DNA from: Eledone cirrhosa
Taxonomy: Eukaryota
DNA: 64,000 bases
Assembly (NCBI GenBank): GCA_964016885.1
Contig: OZ024746.1
Location: 57,288,001-57,352,000 of the forward strand
Direction of reading: 5' to 3'
Shown here: positions 16,795-27,749 of the stretch, one piece after another
Position numbering within the stretch: position 1 is the first letter of the stretch
Layout: the number at the start of each line of letters is the position of its first letter
Notes under the pieces: generated by a model
What the model saw: the letters and a program-made list of their open reading frames with translations, nothing else
Told to the model about the DNA's origin: nothing
The model's database searches: none
Made by a program: the position numbers and the translations under genes

Positions 16795-16871
16795 ATATTT
16801 ATTTCATTATATATATTTCGGGGATATCATATTAACAATATGCTATGCCTTCATCAGACAAAATACAATAT
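16795..16871 (-). ncRNA. Mirror copy of the type I hammerhead fold on the other palindrome arm
   Basis: Reverse complement of 17014-17090. Confidence 0.7.
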
Positions 16872-17013
16872 AAACAGTTTTATAGATAAATATATTCGAC
16901 ATACCGTAATAAACATCAACTTCATTTGAAGAGGTTCACTCTAGAGTGAACCTCTTCAAATGAAGTTGATGTTTATTACGGTATGTCGAATATATTTATC
17001 TATAAAACTGTTT

Positions 17014-17090
17014 ATATTGTATTTTGTCTGATGAAGGCATAGCATATTGTTAATATGATATCCCCGAAATATATATAATGAAATAAATAT
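17014..17090 (+). ncRNA. Type I hammerhead ribozyme fold (Penelope-like/minimal type)
   Basis: CUGAUGA at 17028-34, long stem II, GAAA at 17066-69, palindromic UAUAUA stem III, UA cleavage site after 17077. Stem I is UAUUUUGU/AUGAAAUA. Stem II has mismatches. Confidence 0.7.
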
Positions 17091-17126
17091 GGTTTTATAA
17101 ATATAGTTTTCCATTTATGTAATATT

Positions 17127-17162
<36 letters not shown>

Positions 17163-17207
17163 GTAAATATATATATGTATATACATATATATATATACAT
17201 ATATATA

Positions 17208-17276
<69 letters not shown>

Positions 17277-17364
17277 AATATATATACATATATATATATA
17301 TATAATATGTGTATATGTATATATATAAATATGTATATATATATATATGTATACCTGCCTGTGA

Positions 17365-17400
<36 letters not shown>

Positions 17401-17412
17401 ACCTGCCTGTGA

Positions 17413-17446
<34 letters not shown>

Positions 17447-17461
17447 GCCCGTGAATATATG

Positions 17462-17514
<53 letters not shown>

Positions 17515-18769
17515 ATATATATATATATATATGAGTTTGTGTGAGTAAGTGTGTTTGTGTGTGTGTTAGTGTATGTAAGTGATGTTATAAGTATGTATAT
17601 ATGTATATATATATATGTGTGTGTGTGTGAGAGAGAGTGTGTAAATATATGACAGTACATGAGTGTAGATAATATGTTTGCATTCGTGTATTCATTTGTG
17701 AGTGCATGAGGACATACGTACGAATATATCTGTGTGTCTGTGTGAGTGTACATGAGTGTATGCTTCCGTTTTGTGCTCTAGTCATTACATCTACATTCAC
17801 AAGCCACGTATAGAAGCACATACAAACACAAAGGCACTCACACAAAGCCAATAGCCTATACACAAACATATACAGAAATGCACCTTTAACTACCCTATTA
17901 TTATATGATTGAAGCCTAACAATTTATACAAACAATGCTGTTGAAGGAAAACAAGCCAGTATTACATTTTCGTGCTGTTTGGACCAGTAATCTTGAATAC
18001 ATGTGAATATACACGTGCTTAGCACATCCCTGGCTTCTACTCATTGCATCTCCATGAATGTAGTTTATGTACACAGACAGATTGACTACGTAGTTCAGTA
18101 ATGTTTCCATTGATTAGCTTTGCTGAGCTTTCACGCTTTAATTGGCAACACGGCCATATCTTCTTCCTTCAATAGTTTGGAATTTCGTTTTTTTTTTCTT
18201 CTCTATGTATGTCTTTTTTTTAATGCTTTTTATTCTTTTTTTTTTCGAATCTATCCGGTCATAATCAACGTTGTTTGAAGGTTTGCAATATTTTGTATTG
18301 GTTTGTTTATTCCTGTTGTTCATTCTATTGTTCTTCTAGTAGACATTTTTGTCATTTATATAAAGCATGTGATGTTCTCTGATGCAGTTACTGACCAAAT
18401 TTAACGAATGCTGCAGGTTATCTTTTCAAAAGTAAGGGGAATTTTGCTATATGCTATTGTTCAACTAGTAGACATTTTTCTCATTTACATAAACCATGTG
18501 ATGATGTGCTATGACGTAGATGTAGATTAAATGTTACGTATGATATAGGTATGCCTGTTATGTACAGTATGTGCAGTATTATTTTAGGTGTCCTGATTTT
18601 ATTAAAGTGTTCAGAATAATCTTCTTTATATATTTACAGTGCCTAGTAGTTCTATTTTCTGAATGCTGCATATATTTATTTGTAAGTAAAGTTATTTTGG
18701 TTATATGTTACTGTGTTTTTTTATCATTCCCAGAGTACGTATTATTATAGGCATTGGATAGGAAGTATA

Positions 18770-18955
18770 GGCGCTGGATTGGCAGTATCGGTAGAGAGTC
18801 GGACACCATGCTTTGAAGCATAGAGTTACGTCCCCTTATGATCTGAGTTCAAATTCCGCCGAGGTTAACTTTGCCTTTTATCCTTATGGGGTCGATAAAA
18901 TAAAGTACCAGTAATGTACTGGGTATTTGCAGGCCTTGTGCCAAAAATAGAAACA
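18770..18955 (+). mobile_element. tRNA-derived SINE with a conserved central domain (Meta/MESC-like from memory)
   Basis: A box TGGCAGTATCGG and B box GAGTTCAAATTCC. Core GCCTTTTATCCTTATGGGGTCGATAAAATAAAGTACCAG. Flanking near-repeat ATTA(T/G)TATAGGCATTG at 18741 and 18956. Confidence 0.8.
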
Positions 18956-20227
18956 ATTAGTATAGGCATTGTTTCTATTTCTGAATTAAACTCCTTATTT
19001 TATATATTTGGATAATTTGTCCATTTAATTGATACCTACATTGCAGCCTGTCGGGATTGGTACATCAATTAGAAGACAATTATTTCGTTTTGGTATTTGA
19101 CTACAATATCAAATCCGCTGGCTTAAAACCTCACTGTCAGTGTTTATTGGCATTTCCCTGATTATGATTGCCTGGTGATTCTCTGAGAAATAATCTGATG
19201 TATGTCTGTACCAGGTTTTATTTTCTGGTGGCGTTTCGCGGTATTAACATAATTCCAGAGTATATAAACCTCAATTTTATTATGTCAGTGGATATATAAT
19301 ATTTTGGCTAAGAATGGGCAGCTTGAAAGAGTGTGATTAATTGCTTGTCCCTCACCTATTCATATTTTGCAGGCACTGTGTTCTTTATTAGTGTTGTTTT
19401 TGGTGGTTTCTGCTGAAGGGGATTCGGTTTTGTGTTGCTATTATAAATATTACATTATCGGGTTTTATTCTAATAATTATTATCCAGGTTTGTAAATTAA
19501 CTACTTCGCTTCTTTAAACATATTCTTCGAGTATTGGACATGTAAGGACTCTTTGCCATTCAGTTAACCTTGATTCTAGACATCAGATTGCCATTTAGAT
19601 TTAATATTGTTTTTTTTTTAGTATGTTCTGTTGCTGTTTCTATCGTGGTTTCATTTTCCCATATAATTATATGTCTATACAGCTCCTTTTTTTTTTATTT
19701 GTTAGCTTCCAAGACAAAATAAAACAATCTTGTTTTCGTTTCGTTTATTTCTGGAGGTCATTTCTATTAATTTTCCATTATTCTTCATTAGATATATTTG
19801 TAATCTTACAGTGGTTCTTTTTGATTAGCGTTTTAGTTGCGAAACATGTATTCGTCTTAGGCATAATCTTTCTTCATTTGGGTTTGGGTCGTGTATTCTA
19901 AATGCAGTCATTTTGTTTCTTGTTTTTATGACTAGAAATGCTATTTCTTTTAATTCCATATTCAGAATGTTAAAACAGTAGTTTTTAACCGCGTATCTAT
20001 GCCTATTACCTATTTTCTGTATTTAATTATGTTTAAGTAGTAGGCTAATCCGTCTATTGTATTTATTTCTTATATTTTCTTTCATATGTATGTAGAACCT
20101 TGTCTACTTCATTGATTTCTAATGCTTCTGTTTGCTCTAATTCTATCATCTCAGTTTCTATATCGAGCGTCATATTAGTGTTTATCATTAATTTCCCTTT
20201 CTTCATTCTGCTCTTTGTTTATTATTG

Positions 20228-20554
20228 CGGACGAATGTGGCGAGAATGGCCTGTGTGAGCGGGCCTACTCTGACCATACACCTATAGGCTAGCTAACTTG
20301 AGGAAGAGAGGTGTGCTCTCACCGGGTGCCATATAAGCGCAGGGTGGTTCAGGATTGCTTGGGTACCTGCGTCACCCCTGGCTCGTCCACCCCCCTATTG
20401 GGGAATTTATCTTATATTTGTGCATAGTTTATTTTATATTTTTTATATTTTCATTGTTAAATTAGTCTTGCCATTGTGCACTTTTACTCGAGCTTATTGT
20501 ACACCCCCACTGTATTGTCCCCTACATGTCGGCCCTTGTGACCAATAAATGAAA
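20228..20554 (+). mobile_element. Heavily 5'-truncated Tx1-type 3' end (a third, diverged subfamily)
   Basis: Encodes the ORF2 C-terminus VARMACVSGPTLTIHL* (compare EARMARVNGPTLSIYL*). The 3'UTR ends CCCTTGTGACCAATAAATGAAA. Confidence 0.8.
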
Positions 20555-20562
20555 TCAGTATT

Positions 20563-21513
20563 CTGGAATGTCTTTAGGCGCTCACTGCCCTCGACCAGTC
20601 GGGCAATGTGATCGGTGGAAACTCCACCTTGGCGTTCTATGGAAGATTATTGGAGCGGAAGGGCGACGACGTACTTGGGGAGACTCTAGGCGTCGACGAA
20701 AATCAACTAACCAATCTCTTCCGAAGAACTTTGGGGCCGGGGCCTATGGACAACTTCCAGAAATTCCCTGGCCTGGCAGTGCTACCGAGAAGCTTTGCCA
20801 GTTCGGGATAAACTCTACAGGCATGGAGGTGCCGTAAGCCGGGCATGTCCGAGATGTGCTCATGGCGATGAAACCGTCCTGCACGCAATCGTCCAGTGTC
20901 CGAGCATTGCTGACTTGTGGGTTTATGTCAAACACCTGCTGTCGCGTGTAGGACGGATCCAGCTATCAGCTGAGTCCATCGTGAGGATTGCCCCGCCCTA
21001 TTCCTGTAGCCGGGAAAGGCAGGCAATTTGATATGTCTGGTGGCCATGGCGAAAGAGATAGTATGTTGGACACGTTTGAAAGGGCTGAAGATGGGCACTT
21101 ATCTCTTCGGTGATGCCCTGATTAACTTCTTCAAATTTCATTTGAAAAGGAAAATCATGGTAGAGAGGGAAGTGCTATCTTCCCAGCATTTTCTTGAAAG
21201 ATGGGGGAGAGAGGCAAGAATGGCCAGTGTGAATGGGCCTACTCTGAGTATGTGCCTGTAAATTAAAAGTGGAAAATTGGGAGAGGGCACTTACCCTGGT
21301 GGTCAGCGTCACCGTGGTTTTTTTAAGGCGCATTCTCCACGATGGCCCTAGGAAGTCTCCCGCCTATTGGAGAATTGTTCATAGTTAATTTGTTTGTTAC
21401 ATCCTCTGTTTTTGTGTTTAACACGCAGAAATGCCCATTTGTACCGCCCTGTATTGCGCTGTACTGTCCTTAATGTCTTACTTTGTGTAAACCCTTGTGG
21501 TTAATAAAGAAAA

Positions 21514-21514
<1 letters not shown>
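20563..21514 (+). mobile_element. 5'-truncated, degraded copy of Tx1-type family T2
   Basis: Collinear with ORF2 3' end and 3'UTR of 26545-27503, with frameshifts and stops. Ends AATAAAGAAAAC followed by (ATT)10. Confidence 0.9.
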
Positions 21515-21544
<30 letters not shown>

Positions 21545-21760
21545 GAATGCCATGGTTGACGGAGGCTCGGCTCTGTAAGGTATAGTAATTTTTAACCGTT
21601 AAAACAATTGTAAATTGTTTAAAACTTGAACCAAATTGTTGATAAAGACACCCTCCTCCTCGTGAGAGGGGTCTTTCTGTCCGTTATTTGGCCCTTCGGG
21701 GTTAAATAACCAGTTATTGGGGTTTTGTACCCAAAATTTCATTTTAAACAAAAAAACAAC

Positions 21761-23788
21761 ATGGCTACGAAAAAGAAATTTCAAACGTCACTCCCACTCA
21801 TTCCGTCTTCTTCTTCCTCAATCATCACTACAGCAGAGAGAAGATTGTCTCTCTCCCTCCCTTCTTTAAATGTGTCTCTCTCCCTCCCTTCTCTTTCGCA
21901 AGTGACGAAAGAAAAGAAAAGTCTCGTGCAAAGCGTGCAAGGTTTCTCCACGACGACGACGACGACAGCGACGAAACAGGTGTGCGGGAAATACGAAAAC
22001 CCAGTTCATTCGTCTGACGTCAGGAATAATAGCAGTAGCAGCCGTAATAACAACAGCAACAGTGACAATGAAAACAACAGTAGCAGTCGCAACAGCATCA
22101 CCAGCAGCATAAACAACAACAGCATTAGCAGCAGCAACACCAACAACAACCACAGCAACAGCGCCGGAGGCAGTAGTCGTAGTACCTGCGGCAACAACAA
22201 AAGTACCAGCAGCTCTGACGACAACAACAACAGCAGAGAAAAACCAATCTCATTTGCAGGGATTGCGAAAAACTTGGAAACAATCCTCATAACAAATGAG
22301 GAATTAGAGGAAGCGAAGAAGATGGTGACAAAGAATGGACACCGAGCAATCTGCAAGGCAGCGGAAAAATTTTTCGAAACCCAAGAGCACTGTACGGTCA
22401 CGTACCGTACAGTAAGTACAAAATCCCGTAGGGTGGAAAGAGCCACAGAGGCCCAAATACAAAAAGCCTTGGGGTCTGTGTGGCAGCGGAAAACGCACAT
22501 CACCCGAGGCAAAAAATATGCCACCGTAGACGTACTTTTTGCCACACCCCAGGAGGCAAAGGCCCAATCAGTAGTGACCCTAAGGAGCGAGGAAATGGTG
22601 TTGGTGCCCTCCTACTGGGGGCAAAAAATTGTGAGGGTCAAACTGACCCACGTCCCCCCCGGAATGACCCCTTCTTGGCTGGCCGCGTCTGTCCTCGTCG
22701 GAATCGAGGACAAAACAACTGTACTGCAAGTACAGAAAAAAGTAAGAGAAGATTGGGTCGGCTCCTCCATTGAGATGCTAATCCAAACCAACCAGGAGTG
22801 CATCGAAGCTATCCCGGATGTGATAGACTTCGATAACGGCACTCAACTGCCCATAAGTGTTGAGGGCAAACGCCCGAAATGCTTTCGCTGTGGATCGAAG
22901 ACTCACCTCAGGGCCTTCTGCAACGAGAAGACCCTGAGAAAGGAGAAAACCCCCCTCCTTCCGAATCAGGCTCCACGGCTACCAGCAGCAGCAGTGGAAA
23001 TACTAACAACAACAACAGCAATACCAAATGCAGCTGCAACAGAGACTCCAGTGCAAACATCACCAACAACAACAAGTGAAAGAGTGGAGCTGGTACCCCT
23101 CCCCGACCTCACAGAATCAGACATGGAGTGTGAGATGGGAGAGAGATGGCAAAAGGTCGTAAGAAGGCACAAACGCAGAAGCAGCGCATCGTCGCCTTTG
23201 AAAAGGGAGGAAAGAAATGAGAAAAGGGTAAAGTCTACTGCAAAGAGACCCACAGCAGCAACAACACCAACACCATCACCACCCACACTAGCACCACCAT
23301 CACCACCGGCGACAACCCCACCGCCAACAACACCTTCAACACCACCACCACAAGCACCAACATCGCAAACACAACAACAAAACACACACACCCAGCAACA
23401 ACGACAAGAAAATAGCAGAACCACACCCCACCCCCAGAAAAACAAGTGCACGGCAATAAATACACACAACAAGAAACTAATGACTTACATAATTGAACAC
23501 ACAGACATTTCACAACAGGACTACATAATACCAGCACCAATCAAAACGCCAACTAACATAAGACTGCAAAAAATAGCACAGAAACAATACACAAATATTA
23601 AAACGAAATTCCCCAACGCAGTTGGTGATTTCAGGGACCTAGGAGGAACCATCAATCGAAGAGTATACTCAGACATTCTCTTAGAAGAGCCGATGACCAG
23701 CCGAAGGGACGATTCAACGGTCCCTTCACCAGACGATCAAGTGAAAAGGGATGTAAAAACCATCCCTCCTCTACCAAAAGTACGGTAA
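21761..23788 (+). CDS. ORF1p of T2 copy C (open frame)
   Basis: ATG at 21761 (MATKKK...). Ser/Asn-rich N-terminus, CCHC knuckle CFRCGSKTHLRAFC, Pro/Thr-rich C-terminal part. Confidence 0.88.
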   Translation: MATKKKFQTSLPLIPSSSSSIITTAERRLSLSLPSLNVSLSLPSLSQVTKEKKSLVQSVQGFSTTTTTTATKQVCGKYENPVHSSDVRNNSSSSRNNNSNSDNENNSSSRNSITSSINNNSISSSNTNNNHSNSAGGSSRSTCGNNKSTSSSDDNNNSREKPISFAGIAKNLETILITNEELEEAKKMVTKNGHRAICKAAEKFFETQEHCTVTYRTVSTKSRRVERATEAQIQKALGSVWQRKTHITRGKKYATVDVLFATPQEAKAQSVVTLRSEEMVLVPSYWGQKIVRVKLTHVPPGMTPSWLAASVLVGIEDKTTVLQVQKKVREDWVGSSIEMLIQTNQECIEAIPDVIDFDNGTQLPISVEGKRPKCFRCGSKTHLRAFCNEKTLRKEKTPLLPNQAPRLPAAAVEILTTTTAIPNAAATETPVQTSPTTTSERVELVPLPDLTESDMECEMGERWQKVVRRHKRRSSASSPLKREERNEKRVKSTAKRPTAATTPTPSPPTLAPPSPPATTPPPTTPSTPPPQAPTSQTQQQNTHTQQQRQENSRTTPHPQKNKCTAINTHNKKLMTYIIEHTDISQQDYIIPAPIKTPTNIRLQKIAQKQYTNIKTKFPNAVGDFRDLGGTINRRVYSDILLEEPMTSRRDDSTVPSPDDQVKRDVKTIPPLPKVR

Positions 23789-23823
23789 GTGGTCTTTCCC
23801 ATCTTTTCCACTCTATTTTAAAC

Positions 23824-26800
23824 ATGACCTCACTCAGAATAGGCAGCATAAATGCGCGTGGCTTGGGGTCGTCATGGAAGCAGGGTCACCTGCTCAACGA
23901 CTTCAGGTCACTAAACATAGATGTAGTGGCCATCAGCGAGACCAGAATCTCCGAAGCACGGGCCTTGGCACCGATCTTCGGCGGCTACGATGTGTACGCA
24001 TCTCCCAGCCGTCCTGGATCCGGTGGAGGAGTTGCTGTGCTTTTTCGGAGAGGTTTGGATCTCGCCATACGGGCCATCTTTCTGGACCCAGAGGGTAAGC
24101 TGGTGGTGCTGGACGTGACCAGCGGAGACGGGCAAGCTTTCAGGCTAGTGGCCGTCTATGCCCCGACAGGAGCAGGGCGGCCTGATTTCTTCCGGCGTCT
24201 GGAGACCTTTCTTGGAACGTCCCGCTCTTTAGTGTTAGTGGGCGACTGGAACGGGATCTTAGATGCACGCTGGGACTGTGTGGGATTAGCGGATAGGGGT
24301 GGAGGGTGCAAGAGCCTCACCAACCTGCTCAGGCGTTTTGAACTGTCTGACAGGTACCGATTGGATTTCCCGAATGTGCCAATGTGGACTTGGACAAACC
24401 GGATAGGGTCATCCAGATCATATCTAGATAGAGTATTTTGTAGGGAAATAGATAGGTCTAGCATAGGCTGTCCACAATTCAAGATAGTCAGCTACACGGA
24501 CCACAAATTCGTGATCTGTGTGCTTGACTTAGATAGGCTTCATAGACGAGGACCCGGCTACTGGAAGCTAAACGCGTCCTTACCAGCGCGCAAGGCCTAC
24601 AGAGACCGGATTAGCGAACTAGTTAAGCGGGCGTTGACGGGGGCCATCGTCAACAACAAGTGGTGGTTTGCTCTGAAAAGAGCGATTAGAATAGAATCGA
24701 CTAGGTTTAGTAAGGCTTTAGCAATAGAGAAAAATAGAGCAGAGGGAGAACTAGTTAGAAAATTAGACGAGGGGCTTAGCAAAGGCATTGCGACCGACGT
24801 GCTTGCGGCGAAATTGGCCCTTGACCAATTCTTCAATGCAAAGCACGAAGGCTGCGTTGTCAGAGCAAGGGTGCGTGCTCTCAGGCACGAGGAGACGAAA
24901 GCCGTTCAATGGGCCCGAGTGGCGGAGGCGCGTCGTGGCAACAAAGCTACGATCCGGTCTTTGGTGGACCACGACGGGCGCATGCTACTCGATCCCGGGC
25001 AAATGTGTGAAGCTTTTCAGCGACACTTCGCTCAGCTGTTCGGGGGCAGCGGTGGGCCGGGTAGAGGGATGGACTTTAGTGTCTACCTCGACGGATTGCC
25101 GCGGCTCTCGGCCACTGAGGCGAAGTGTTGCGAAAAGCCGATAACAGCCGCTGATGTAAGGGAGGCAATGACTGGCTGCACAAGGGGTAAATCGCCTGGT
25201 TTGGATGGTCTGCCCTATGAACTTTACGTACAGATGCCAGACTTGTTCGGAGGCCTCTTGGCGGACGTCTACTGCAACTGGCAACAGAACGGGAGAATTC
25301 CCAGTTCTGTGAGCCGAGGAGCGGTGGCACTGCTGAGAAAGGATCCGAACAAGGGGGATAACATAGAAAATTTCCGGCCCATGACTCTGCTAAACACAGA
25401 GTTTAAGATTTTGGCCAAGGTGCTAGAAAAGAGGTTGGCGCTTGTCGTTGGTGGTCTGGTGGGAGAGGCGCAGACATGCGCCATTCCCGACAGATCCATC
25501 CACGACAACCTCCACCTCATGCGATACATCGTAGAGAGGGTAGCTAGGGAACCTGGCACGGGTGGGTCCTTGATCAATTTAGATCAGTCGAAAGCTTTCG
25601 ATAGGGTCGACCATCGTTACCTAGCGGCAGTCCTGAGGGCGGCTGGCTTTGGGCCCGTCTTCAGAGGCTGGATCGCTTCCATGCACAGCGACATCTGCTC
25701 TGTCGTGAGAGTGAACGGTCACCTGTCGGAACCGTTCAACATCATGCGCTCGGTCCGCCAAGGATGTCCCCTCTCGTCCCTCTTGTACGTATTGACTCTA
25801 GAGCCATTACTGCACAAACTGGAGACGTTGAGGGGCGTCCCGCGCGAACTAGGATGCGGAAGATTCGTGTCAGCATATGCGGACGATGTCATCGTAGTGG
25901 TGTCGAACGCCAAACACATCGAGGCGATCGGCACTACACTAAGAGAATACGAAGCGGTGACAGGAGCAATGATCAACCAGGAAAAGTCAGTGGGCCTGCA
26001 GCTCGGCACCTGGAGAGGCAGGTCCATGCCGTCCAACAGCGTCGTTGGACGCTGGACGGACGGACCGGTTAAATTGCTAGGGGTCTGGTTCGGTCCGGAC
26101 CTCCAGACGGACAAAAACTGGGACGAGGTGACGAGCAGGGTGGCTTCTCTCACCCAGAAATGGGCCGAGAGGAAGCTATCCCTGAAAGGTCGAGCGGAGG
26201 TGGCTAACGCGTACATCGCGTCTGTCATCTGCTACCGCCTGACCGTCGTACCTTGTCCTAAGCCTCGCCTGACTGCGCTGGAGTGTTTGCTCTTTCGCTT
26301 TTTGTGGAAGGGACGTGCTCCGATGGTCAGGCGGTCCATCTGTTGTCAACACCCGCTACGTGGAGGGCTGGGCATGCCGTGGCTGATGATGCGCAGGCAC
26401 GCGCTCAGGCTACGACATCTCTACCTCTTCCTCGACGGTGATCAGGTGTGGTCGCCGTTTGCTAGGCGCGTATTTCCCCAGCTCGTTTCCTTGACGGAGC
26501 TGCAGTCCTGGGTCAAGCGAAGACCGAGAGGGAGCGCCTGGAGACTGGAATGTCTTCAGGCGCTCACAGCCCTCGACCAATCGGGCAATGTGATCGGTGG
26601 AAGCTCCACCTAGGCGTTCTATAGAGGATTAGTGGAGGGTAAGAGCGACGACGTACTTGGGGAAACTCTAGGCGTCGACGAAAATCAACTAGCCAATCTC
26701 TTCGGAAGAACTTTCGGGCCGGGGCCTATGGACAACTTCCAGAAATCTCTGGCCTGGCAGTGCTACCGAGGAGCCTTGCCAGTTCGGGATAAACTCTACA

Positions 26801-27243
26801 GGCATGGAGGTGGCGTCAGCCGGGCATGTCCGAGATGCGCGCAGGGCGACGAAACCGTCCTGCACGCACTCGTCCAGTGTCCGAAAATTGCTGACTTGTG
26901 GGGTTATGTCGAACACCTGCTGTCGCGTTTAGGACGGATCCAGCTATCATCTGAGTCCATCGTGAGGATTGCCCCGCCCTCCTCCTTTAGCCGGGAAGGG
27001 CAGGCAGTTTTTAACTGTCTGGTGGCCATGGCGAAAGAGATAGTATGGTGGACACGTTTGAAAGGGCTGAAGACGAGCACTTACCTCTTCGGTGATGCTC
27101 TGATTGTCTTTTTCAAATTTCATTTGAAAAGGAAAATCAAAGTAGAGAGGGAAGTGCTCTCTTCCCAGCATTTTGTTGAAAGATGGGTGAGAGAAGCAAG
27201 AATGGCCCGAGTGAATGGGCCTACTCTGAGCATATATCTGTAA
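23824..27243 (+). pseudogene. ORF2 (APE-RT-zinc finger) of T2 copy C, interrupted by an in-frame TAG at 26611-26613
   Basis: 929 aa and 203 aa pieces in the same frame. The sister copy has TCG at this codon. The stop removes the C-terminal zinc finger. Confidence 0.92.
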
Positions 27244-27503
27244 ATTAAAGGTGGACAACTTAGGAGAGGGCACTTGCCTTGGTGGTCAGGGTCATTGTGG
27301 CTTTTTACTGGGCTTTCTCCACAAATGTCCCTCCGAAGTCTCCCCCCTATTGGGGAATTTTTCATTGTTATTTTCATTGTTATTTTTGTTACATCCTCTG
27401 TTTTTGTTTTTTACACGCAGAAATGCCCATTTGTACCGTCCTGCATTGTCCTGCACTGTCCTTAATGTCTACTTTATGTAAACCCTTGTGGTTAATAAAG
27501 AAA

Positions 27504-27535
<32 letters not shown>

Positions 27536-27749
27536 GAATGCCATGGTTGACGGAGGCTCGGCTCTGTAAGGTATAGTAATTTTTAACCGTTAAAACAATT
27601 GTAAATTGTTTAAAACTTGAACCAAATTGTTGATAAAGACACCCTCCTCCTCGTGAGAGGGGTCTTTCTGTCCGTTATTTGGCCCTTCGGGGTTAAATAA
27701 CCAGTTATTGGGGTTTTGTACCCAAAATTTCATTTTAAACAAAAAAAAC

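Larger units (their letters stand above)
16756..17129. repeat. Spacerless palindrome, 374 bp, centred on TCTAGA (16940-16945)
   Basis: The arms read as reverse complements from TACAATATTAC... to ...GTAATATTGTA. Embedded in a (TA)n array. Confidence 0.93.
21545..27503 (+). mobile_element. Full-length Tx1-type element, family T2, copy C
   Basis: Flanked by (ATT)10 on both sides. Has 5'UTR, ORF1, ORF2 (premature stop) and a 3'UTR with AATAAA. Confidence 0.95.

Noticed and set aside
18324-18540. Diverged ~130-bp tandem duplication
   Set aside because: Only two degenerate units; looks like an ordinary local duplication and is not CRISPR-like.
21644-21676. TCCTCGT resembling an HDV ribozyme L3 loop in the T2 5'UTR
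   Set aside because: P3 does not close properly and no P1/P2 partners occur in the required order. A simple hairpin explains it.
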